Below, one piece after another: positions 24,981 through 35,100 of a stretch of 64,000 nt of DNA. The DNA lies in assembly GCA_964019335.1 (NCBI GenBank), contig OZ025712.1, positions 310,001 to 374,000 of the forward strand, written 5' to 3'. Position numbers and translations under genes: made by a program. The notes beneath the pieces were generated by a model. It was not told the origin of the DNA. It did not search any database and saw only the letters and a program-made list of their open reading frames with translations. Position 1 is the stretch's first letter. The number at the start of each line of letters is the position of its first letter. The DNA comes from Diplonema japonicum (lineage: Eukaryota > Protista > Euglenozoa: Diplonemea).

Positions 24981-25025
24981 TCCCTCCTGGGTGCGTGCTG
25001 GCGGGTAGTGGGGAAAGAAAATCAA

Positions 25026-25063
<38 letters not shown>

Positions 25064-25131
25064 GGCACTTGAACGTTTGTGCGCACCATTGAATACAAAC
25101 ATTATAATTACTCTTTCTCCGGTTTCTCTTT

Positions 25132-26607
25132 TCATCCTACGACGCACCTGTCCTTGACCATGGAGATGACCCTCAGAAGGCGGTTCTGGTCTTCGGGATC
25201 GGTGCACCGGTTTCGCGCGCTAAGAAGCGCTTTAAACACCTTTGCCTCACCGATATCGACGCACTGCTCTTGGTAGTTGAGGAGAAGGAGAAGGATGGAG
25301 GTTACATTCGTGATCAGCGAGCCTTCAGGGGGGAAGGTGTGGAGCACTGTGGTGAGCATGGCAGGAACCCGTGAGTGTCGAAGCGAGACAAGGCGATCCG
25401 CATTATAAGCGGCGGGGGAGTAGGTCTGTTCCTGAATCTCCCCACGGCAGAACTCACCGAGGAAAGACAGGATGTCGTTCACAATTGTTTCGCTTTCTGT
25501 CTTGGTTTCCTCTAGTTTGGAACGGTTTTGGGGGAGCTGTATATACCCCAAGGTCATCCGAAGCTTATCGACAGCGAGCTTTGGAATCTCTGCTTGGGCA
25601 ACATCAAGCGGCCAACGCTGCGCGAACGCTTGGCAAGCCTTCAAAACACTCCCGACGGTGTTCCCATGAAGGAGCATGCCTTCCCTGTTGCTCCACTTCA
25701 ACTTTCGCAGCTCCGACGCGAACTTAATAATCCATTTTTTCTTCACCGCTTCTGCCAGAAACACATAGTCTTCCACAGCATACTTCATAGATACAATATC
25801 GGAAAAGGCCATCAATGTGATGATTCGTTTGTGTGAAGCTAATACGTCGCTTGCGTCCGGTTCTTCCGCGTGCTTCGCGTACTTGTTTATCCGGTTCAGA
25901 TCGGCGATTCCAATCATTTGAAGTTTGTCTGGAAACCTCTCTAGAACTTGTTGGAGGTACTCATTGAATGTGAATATGGTAGCACCACCGGTGATGAACT
26001 CCGGGTGTTCGTCAACAACCGTCCTCCACCACTTCACCAATGGGAATCGGGATATCTTTTGCAGGGATGGGTTGTCGGTTCCCGCGCCCTTTAGCATCAT
26101 GGTCAGCAGCACCATTCCGTGTGCAAAACCAGAAACGGCAGCGGGTGATTTGTGTTTTGAAGCACGGTTTATAAGATTTGCAACTGATACGATATGCCGC
26201 TCCACAAGGTCAGGGGTTTTCTCAGGTATCCACTGAACAGTTCTGGAAAGGATGGAACACGTGGGTTTCATCAGTTCAAAGGTTCGTGTTTCGCATAGGG
26301 AGAAGAGGTCATCTAAGGCCCTGGGGTTGTGGAACACCCACGATCCCCACCCGCAGAAATGGCACGCAAGCTCGCTGAAGTTTTCGTCCGGTTTCGGGTC
26401 TAATAGTGTCAGAGATTTTTCGAGCCTGTACAGCAGGTTTATCATCTCGTCCTCGTCGCCTTTCAAAATCGTTTTTTTTATCCGTTTCCTTTCGAGGCTG
26501 AACACCTTGTCGAGTTGTGAGGTGTCCGGTTCCCTCATGGAGCCGATCCACTCCGCTTCAAGCTCCCATCGTGTTTTAACCAAGCACCTTAAGGTCCGTC
26601 GTAACAT
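25132..26607 (-). CDS. Hypothetical helical protein, probably mitochondrial
   Basis: 491 aa ORF starting MLRRTLRCL, a typical euglenozoan mitochondrial presequence pattern. Confidence 0.75.
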   Translation of the reverse strand: MLRRTLRCLVKTRWELEAEWIGSMREPDTSQLDKVFSLERKRIKKTILKGDEDEMINLLYRLEKSLTLLDPKPDENFSELACHFCGWGSWVFHNPRALDDLFSLCETRTFELMKPTCSILSRTVQWIPEKTPDLVERHIVSVANLINRASKHKSPAAVSGFAHGMVLLTMMLKGAGTDNPSLQKISRFPLVKWWRTVVDEHPEFITGGATIFTFNEYLQQVLERFPDKLQMIGIADLNRINKYAKHAEEPDASDVLASHKRIITLMAFSDIVSMKYAVEDYVFLAEAVKKKWIIKFASELRKLKWSNREGMLLHGNTVGSVLKACQAFAQRWPLDVAQAEIPKLAVDKLRMTLGYIQLPQNRSKLEETKTESETIVNDILSFLGEFCRGEIQEQTYSPAAYNADRLVSLRHSRVPAMLTTVLHTFPPEGSLITNVTSILLLLLNYQEQCVDIGEAKVFKALLSARNRCTDPEDQNRLLRVISMVKDRCVVG

Positions 26608-26730
26608 TTTTTTTTTTTTTTTTTTTTTTTTTCACTGGGAAAATATGAGGATAAAAATATATAAAAAAAAAGGAGGGGGAAAAAAAAAAAGGAAGAGAAA
26701 GAAAAACACTTCCACCCCCCCATTTTGTTT

Positions 26731-28790
26731 TCAACTGTTTTCCACCCTCGGTTCACCTGTGCCATTTACGTTATGCACCGCCTCGGGTGGCGGTGGCGGG
26801 GGTGGTTGTGAATCGTCAGGATCACGGCCTGCTTCGGGTGCTGGAGACGCTGGTTGGATAGCCTGCTGCTGCTCCATGCTCGTTTGCTCGGGCTGAGTCG
26901 TCATTACTTCGATCGGAGTTACCTCTGTAATCACTTCTTGAGGCATTACGTTTGACCCCTGCAAAAATTGTGTTTTAATAGGGCGGCTGTTCCCGTGAAT
27001 ATATTACCCTCCCCCCTCTTTTTTTTTTTGTTTCTCCGAAACTCAGCTCTCATAATCCATTTTTTATGCTTCAAGTATGACCAGGCATCACAAGTGAGAT
27101 AAAGCGGGTAAACAGGGTCCCAACATGGAAGGGGGTAAACCCCCTTGCAAGGAAAATATTTCCCGCCATCAATGCCCATGAAGAACTTGGTGTGAATGTA
27201 CAATTTTATCATCATCGTTTCTTTTTTTTTTTCCCCCTTTTTTTTTCTTTGGAGTTTGCCGTGTTCTCCCCTCCCCATTAAAAAGGCCACGGTTTTAAGG
27301 GCAAGCCCACTTCAATCTTTTGATTCTTCCCAAATAAAGAACAAAATCTCCTCTCGACACCAAAACTCAGCTCTCATAATCCATTTTTTATGCTTCAAGT
27401 ATGACCAGGCATCACAAGTGAGATAAAGCGGGTAAACAGGGTCCCAACATGGAAGGGGGTAAACCCCCTTGCAAGGAAATTATTTCCCGCCATCAATGCC
27501 CATGAAGAACTTGGTGTGAATGTACAATTTTATCATCATCGTTAAACGGAGGGAGGAGATCAGCTCTAAATATCGATGGCAGATTGTTGGGAAAGAATGA
27601 AGAAGAAAAAAAAAAAAAAAAAAAAGCCCCTCCCCCAAGATAGCCCCTTCCCGAATCTTAACTCAGCTCTCATAATCCATTTTTTATGCTTCAAGTATGA
27701 CCAGGCATCACAAGTGAGATAAAGCGGGTAAACAGAGTCCCAACATGGAAGGGAGTAAACCCCCTTGCAAGGAAATTATTTCCCGCCATCAATGCCCATG
27801 AAGAACTTGGTGTGAATGTACAATTTATCATCATAGTTAAACGGAGGGAGGGGGGAGGAGGAGATCAGACAGCAGATTGTTAGAAAAGAAAAAAAAGGGG
27901 GGTAAAGCCCTCCTCCCCCCTAGGGCTATGCTGGCATGGAAACGCGTTTCCATGCATTTTTTGAAAAAAAGGGAAACGGAAACGGATACGGAAACGGAAA
28001 CGGAAACGTTTCCTTATGTTTCCTTAAGAAGGAAGCCGTTTCCATAAGAATTTTGAAAAGTATGGAAACGGAAACGGGAACGGAAACGGAAACGTTTCCA
28101 CGTTTCCTGCCAGCATAGCCCTAGGGGGGGTCATAAGGGGGTCGTTATTTGCCCTTTTTCAGGCTCTTCGCCAAGGGCATTTTGGGCCCTTAAAAAAACT
28201 GTAACCACCCCAAAAGTGCCCACAAATCACCCAAACCCCCGTTTCCCGATGGTTTCCGGCCCCAGAAGTGCCCAGAATCATGTTCTAATTTTGGGGCCCC
28301 CGTTTGGTACTTTTCCTATGTAATCCTAGGGGCCCCTATTTTATGTTCCCTAGGATTACATAGGGAAAGTACCAAACGGGGGCCCCAAAATTAGAACATG
28401 ATTCTGGGCACTTCTGGGGCCGGAAACCATCGGGAAACGGGGGTTTGGGTGATTTGTGGGCACTTTTGGGGTGGTTACAGTTTTTTTAAGGGCCCAAAAT
28501 GCCCTTGGCGAAGAGCCTGAAAAAGGGCAAAAAGTGGCCCTTTTTAAGGACCATATGACCCCCCCTACCCCCCCCCCCCCCCCCAAGATAGCCCCTTCCC
28601 GAATCCTAACTCAGCTCTCATAATCCATTTTTTATGCTTCAAGTATGACCAGGCATCACAAGTGAGATAAAGCGGGTAAACAGAGTCCCAACATGGAAGG
28701 GGGTAAACCCCCTTGCAAGGAAATTATTTCCCGCCATCAATGCCCATGAAGAACTTGGTGTGAATGTACAATTTTATCATCATCGTTAGT

Positions 28791-28826
<36 letters not shown>

Positions 28827-29747
28827 AATAATAATAATAAAACACACACCTCTGTGTTGGTGTAACCCATCCCATCTGACATTGTCATGATGGGTGATGC
28901 TGCAGCAGCAGCTGCAGCAGCGGCGGCGGCTGCCGCAGGTGGCATAAACATCTGGCTGCGCATGTTGAGCGGTGTGGCCATGAACTGCGGCATCATCGAG
29001 GGAACGAAACCGGGGTACCGTGAAGCCCATGCTTGCTGGGACATGGTGGACATAGCAGACTTCTCGGCCTTTGTAGGCTGCGCGTACTCCTTTTCGATCT
29101 CCCCCTTAGCATGTTCCACCAGCTCAGGCGTCCCTATAACATAAGCCGCCTCTGTGGCTGACGCTTCCCGTGAAGGGATGCGGAGGGTCACACCGTACTT
29201 CGTTTCAAGCTCCTTCCGTTTGATACCACCCTTTCCTATCATTCTTGCAAACTTCTCTGACGTTACGTTTAGTTTCAACTCAACTGCCTCAGGTGCGACA
29301 GGTGCAGGTGTTGGAAGGGCAGTGTGCTGTACAGCGGGTTTAGGAGCCTCGAGAACAGGTGGTGCGGGGGGTCCTGTTGACTCGGTGTCGATGTCCCATA
29401 AGCTTTTCTTCGGTTGTTGTTTGGTTTGGGAATCCATGTCCCTCCCGGGGGAGATGAGCTGTGGTGGTGGTGACATGCTTCGTTGTGGTCTTCTTCTTTG
29501 AGGATACGACTGTCGTTTGTCCCGCCTGCCTTCTCTTCTTGCTTCCCTTTCGAACTCTCTGTCGCGTCTGTACAGCTTTCTGTCCCTGTCCCGTTCCCTG
29601 TCCCTGTCGCGGTCGTAGCTTCCCGTCCGTCTTCGGTACCGCTCGCCCCTTGGGTCCCGCTCCCGTGTGTCGCGTATCCTTTCCCTTTCCCTTTCCCGTT
29701 CCCTGTCCCTGTCACGGTCGTATCGACGATCCCGTTCATATCGGCTG

Positions 29748-29784
<37 letters not shown>

Positions 29785-30391
29785 TCATACCCTTCGTCCC
29801 TGCTGTACCTACCCCGTTTGTATCTATCGTGATCCTCCCTACTTTGACGAGCGTCGTTCTCAGGATCGTCACGTGAGTGCCGTGCCGCGCGGTACGGGTC
29901 GTGAGGGATGAGTTGGAGATTATTTTGCTTTTTTTTTTTTTCTTTTTTTTTTTTTTGAATACCGATTTTCTAGGGGTTTCTGAGGCCCTTCCTTGTGTGG
30001 AAGGAGTCTGAGAGGAGGAGAGTTGCTGCAATTTTTGATTTTCCGGAGCGGTCGTGGGCTGCATGGTGAGCTGCAGCTGAGTTTCGTCGTCAGAGTCGTT
30101 CTCGACCTTAACGAGGGCGCTTTGGATGGTTGCCTTTTGTTTCAGAACCTGCTGTTTTTGCCGTTCTTTCAAGAGTGCTTGCTGTGCCTCGGCTTCTGCC
30201 CTAAGGGACGTGACGTGGTCCAGCAGGTCCAGCAGTCCTGTTGCCCGTGCCATCTCCATTACCTTTTCCTTGACAAGCTCTTCATCGAAAGTGAGCCCCT
30301 CCTGCGTTGGCGTAGTCAATATTTTGTTCACATCTACCGGTGCTGGTAGAGCCTGTAGTAGCTCCGACACATTCGGTATGGGCTGGGCCAT
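26731..30391 (-). CDS. KH-domain RNA-binding protein with RD/RE-rich region; 4 exons (introns 29928-29962, 29745-29790, 26959-28849)
   Basis: KH GxxG motif (ARMIGKGG..ELETKYGVTLRIP) and RDRDRER repeats. All three junctions are in frame; the last joins TE|GSNV. Confidence 0.8.
27040..27219 (-). ncRNA. Intronic 180-nt box C/D RNA, copy 1
   Basis: AAC-G-ATGATGA (box C) ... CTGA (box D)-GTT terminal stem; four near-identical copies. Confidence 0.7.
27364..27543 (-). ncRNA. Intronic 180-nt box C/D RNA, copy 2
   Basis: As copy 1. Confidence 0.7.
27660..27838 (-). ncRNA. Intronic box C/D RNA, copy 3
   Basis: As copy 1 with a few substitutions; boxes intact. Confidence 0.7.
27923..28121. mobile_element. 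MITE A (TA-flanked, TIR GGGCTATGCTGGCA, internal GGAAAC repeats)
   Basis: Perfect 14-bp TIRs, TA at 27921-22 and 28122-23, many GGAAAC/GTTTCC hexamers. Confidence 0.8.
28124..28565. mobile_element. MITE B / foldback element with ~180-bp near-perfect inverted arms
   Basis: Ends GGGGGGGTCATA...TATGACCCCCCC flanked by TA; arms at ~28148-28331 and ~28347-28531. Confidence 0.8.
28608..28787 (-). ncRNA. Intronic 180-nt box C/D RNA, copy 4
   Basis: As copy 1. Confidence 0.7.
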
Positions 30392-30809
30392 AGCCTCTTT
30401 CTCTCTTTTCCTTTTTTTAAAAAGAAGAAACCCAACTTTTTTTTCCTTTTTTTTTCTGTCTTGGAATGATGTTTTTTTTTTTTTTTTTCTTTTGTGGGCA
30501 AAAAAGAAAAAAATCTTTTTTCTCTTTCAAAAGAAAAAAAAGGGGGGGAAAAGGAAGCAAATCTCTGGAGGTAAGTGGAATTGGAGAGAATGGGGGGGGG
30601 GGAGGAAAAAAACAAAAACAAAAACTAATTCGGGGCTCCATTTTTTCTTTTTTTTGTTGCTCACGAGCGTTTTTTTTTTTTTTTTTTTTTTACCTTTTAA
30701 AAAAAAGTACTCGTTGCGCTGCGTAATAATTAGTTCTTTTTTCTTTTTTTTTTTTCAAAGTCTCGACAGTAGAACAAAATAGCTAATCTCGGTAAGTAAG
30801 AAGGGAATG

Positions 30810-30848
<39 letters not shown>

Positions 30849-31304
30849 ATACTTTAGAACAATAGAACATGCTGCCGAAGGAAAAAAAGGGGGGGTGAAA
30901 GCGTGACAATGTATTCAGGAAAAAGACTTTCATTATATTGCCCTCTCTCCCCCGTTCCTCTACCTCTTATCTTGCCAGGCACTCATGACCTCCGGGGGTG
31001 TTCTCCTCTTTCCTTGTGGCTCGGAACAAAGTAATATAAGGCCATCAGGTTCTCTCTGTTTTTTTTTTTTTTGTTTTTTTTGTTTGAAACTAAGTCGGAT
31101 ATGTCCTTGGTAAAAAAAAAGTGGGAGGGCCCCCATTGGCAGGTTAAATCACATTTTCCCTCTAAAAAAGAAAAAAAAAGGGGGGGATTTTTTGTTCTCT
31201 CCAAAAAGTTTTTTTTTTTTTTTTTTTTTTTTTGTCAGTGTGTCAGTATCAACTAAGAGAAATTTGGAAAAAAAAAAAAAAAAAAGAAATATAGTACAAA
31301 GAGG

Positions 31305-31351
<47 letters not shown>

Positions 31352-31428
31352 TAGCACACACGCAAAGGGCTAGAAGCGACGCGTTCCTTTCTTTCTTTTT
31401 TTTTTTCTCCCCTTTCTTTCTCTCTCCC

Positions 31429-32120
31429 TCAGTTTATATCATCTAAGGAGGGATCACGAGGCAACTTGTACAGCACAGTGTGCTCCGCACGACGCTCAGG
31501 ATCTAGCGCAGTCATTGAACCTTGTGCAACAGCACACCACCCCCGGAAGATTCCTGCAGAGACATTTTTTTTTTTTTTTTTTTTTTCTTTCACGTACCTC
31601 TCATCGGCTTCAACATCACCAAGCACAAGGACCTTGCCAGCAACACAATGTAACCATCCCGTATGACCTGAGGGAGCCCGTTCAGAACCTTCACCCCGGC
31701 GTGAAGTTCATCATTAGCCGTCTCAAGGCCCTGTCTCAACCCCTCATATGCCGTGGCTGGCTGGTACGATGCCGGTGGCGGAGGTGCATCCTCGTCCTGT
31801 ATTTATATTTAAAGGATTGTGTTCCCTCCCCTTCCCCCCTCCAAACCTGTGGCGTCTCAAGCGCATTCACACCAGCGCTCACTATACCACCACCTATGAT
31901 GGCTGCTTGCTCGGTGAGGTGTACTGCCTCCACCGTGAACTTACAGAGGAAGTCGAGGAAAGCATGGGGCAGACCACTGATTTTTTTTTTTTCTCGTTTT
32001 TTTTTTTTTTTTTTTTTTTTTATTCACGCTACCTAAACGGATTATTACCTTGTCGGTATTCCTCGTAAGGTGCGGAAACCAGGTTCACAGCTTCGTGTCC
32101 AATACGGGTGACGGATCTGT

Positions 32121-32156
<36 letters not shown>

Positions 32157-35100
32157 CTACCTGACAGTTGGGACACCAGAAAGCAGCTCCGCGATGTGTA
32201 TTGCTTCCCACCATTTCTCAGCGAGTTTCATGGGGAGGTGTGTGGACCAGCACCCGTCGACCGAGACCTCGTCCAGCTCTATGACCATGCCCTCGATGTT
32301 GACGAGGTTCAGGAGCTCGAGCGGCTCCACGTTGAGAATGTTGCTCAGCGAACACCTCTTCGAACTGTAGTCCAGCTTGATGTGAATCTTCCCGATCTTA
32401 ACAGTCTTGAAGTAAATACCTTCCTCGATACCACCGGCACCTTCGACCATCAGGTGCACGGTTTCCCCTCGATTAGCAGTGGCTGCAGGTGGAGAAGATG
32501 AAGAAGCACCATGCGGGCTACGCTGCATCGGCGGCGAGGGCGATGACGTGTTGACAACCATTGAGTCGTACGAGGAACCCGAGAAGAAACGTTCTAAAAA
32601 CTCGAGAGCGTCCTGATCGATGTTGACTCTAAGAGGTTCGAGGTTCAACTCCAACGACATTTCGGAATGTTTCGGGGCGTCTTTCGTGCCTGCCAACGCA
32701 GCAGCAACTTTTGCCTCCACCTCCACCATGAACACGTCGCTCTGATCATCAATACTATTCACCGCCGTCACAATTTTGTTACGTGACGAAACGCTGAGTT
32801 TATCAATTACGTCTAACGTCCTTGAACCTCCCTTCAACCTCCACATGTAACCCTCATCAGTTCCCAAGGGGTTGAACATGTCTAGTAATATGAACATCGA
32901 TTCCGCGTGAAGCGTAACAAGCTGGCTGTACACCCTTGTCGTCCTGTACAGTTGTCCTGCTTTCTTAATCGATACAGTAGAGTGCATTCCTTGGAGTTTA
33001 TGATGAACGGCGTCGGGAGAGAGGGCGGCTACGAAATCTTTTCCACCGTAGAGGTTGCATGTCCATGACACTCCGGAAACGATTAGCTGAAGGGTAGGGG
33101 TTGGGTCGCCCTTTCGGGATTTTGTGCAGCGTAGCCTTGAGGTTTGAGCTTCTAAGTTCGAAAAATAGTCTTCCTCGACAAAATCTATAAGAGGTGCTTC
33201 TTTTACAAGAGATGTCTCGTATTCCGGGAGGGACTCTCTGAATAGTTGGAGCTCGTCGTCCCGGCGTTTCTCGTTGTGGTAGTCGATTTCTTGAAATGAA
33301 TCGTCATCACTGGAGTCTGTGTCGGGATGGTGTCCTGGAATCTGCACGTCCTCATTCGACTCTACTCGGAAGTGCTGTCCCAAAGTTGCCGCGGAACCGC
33401 TGATGCTGTCAGGCATGTCCAGCTTCGTGATCCTTGCCGACAAGTCCCCGCCGTCGGTGTGCTGCAAAACGTTTTTAATGGAAAACTCCGTTTCGCTGTA
33501 ATGACAATCGTGAACAACAATGGGTTCGCCGGTTAGCGTTCCACCCTTTTCAATCGGGTTTGTGGTGAAACCCATGTCGGGAACACTTGTTTGCAACGCT
33601 GCTTGGATGTCCTTCGCCGCTTGCTGTACCGCTTTTGCAGATGTCGACCTGACTGAGTCCACCCGTGCAATGGGTATCTCCTCTTCTTCAATGGGAAGCC
33701 CGAGGGCCTCCTTGTAGTACTCCGCTATGGGTTTCAAATTATTTTGTTCCTCGCCGGAGAGATAGTGGATGATGCTGTCTTGGAAGAGTTTAAAGGAGTC
33801 GGAGCAGCAGTCGGTTTTCAAACCCCCTCCTGTGACCTCAACGACAAATGGTTTATGTTGCTCGGCTTCCTCAGAGACCTCAATGTCGTTTCCCTTTCGC
33901 TCGCCGACGCCTCGCCCCCTAAGGTGCGGGACACAGTCTGTTGTTGGAGCCATGGTTTTTATCACGATTTTAAGCCCGCTGTCGGTTGTTTCAAGAACGC
34001 TGATGAACCCCAACAGCTCGAGATCGGTTAACATTCCACCTTTCGACTTTCCAAACAGAGATTTGCTCGATGCCTCCATGTCATAGGAAACAAGGTCTTT
34101 TTTGAAATGCCCGTTGTCGAGGAGCATTGTCGCACCGTCGATCCCGATCTCCGCGCGGAACTCTTCCGACAGCATGACGACAAGACACCCGAAGGAGATT
34201 TTATCCGCTGCGATTAGCACCCTTGACGACAAACCGTTCGGAGAGTAGTCGATGATGGTGGAGTTCGCGGTCACGTCGATTCTAGTCGCCCGCAACCTTC
34301 CTTGCGTGGGCGTGCCCGACAGCGATCCTTCATCATCAGAGGACGTTTCATTCATCGAATCCACACGCAGCACATCTGTAAACAGCTCTGTTAAAACCAA
34401 AACCCAATTGTTCGCATCCTGTTTGACCTGGTGCGACAGGACCAGCTTGTTCATTTCAACTGTGACGCGCATGTCTTGCCGGTCCCTGACCAATAGGTAC
34501 GCGGGGTTTGCGGGGCTGCATTGTGCGTAGCTTACGACGATCCGCAGTCCGGAGTCCTTCACCCTGCCTGCTTTTGTGCTGCGGCGGTACAGATTATGGT
34601 AATTCCTCAACACCGGATGGGTCAGTAAGCTGTTCGCACCATCGTGCTCCAAAAGCTCCAACCCGCCCAGAGTGACCCCCACTCGTGTGAACGAGTCAGA
34701 TGCAAGATGCGTTGCTGTGAACAACGAGAACTCATCCGCCGTCAGCGTGTACTTGTAACAAGGCGGCTCATCGGGGTAAGGAACGGTGTGCAGTGGTGGT
34801 GCATCCGAAGGGAAGCACATGGGAGCGTGAATGTCGAATATTACCTTTTGACAGGACAGTGTAACCGCCACCACCGACTTAGGTGTTTGCCACGGTTTCA
34901 AGCCAGCCGCAGGTGTGTTCAACAGCGACAACGGTATGGCACCCAATGTCCCGATCCCCGACATTGTCATCCCGTCTGGTTGTTGAAAGGCAACATCTGG
35001 TGAGGACATGTTCTCGGTCAAGTCAGCTATCATGTATTGGACCAGAAGGACCTCGTCTTTCTTCAGCGTTACGGCTGCCGATGGGAATGTGAATGCCACG

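Noticed and set aside
27040-27219. Identification as U3 or U14
   Set aside because: Box C is at the very 5' end (unlike U3), and the U14 18S-complementary domains A and B are not present.
27040-28787. 180-nt repeat as alternative coding exons (MMIKLYIHTKFF...)
   Set aside because: There are no consistent splice sites, a stop occurs in most copies, and the boundaries coincide with C and D boxes.
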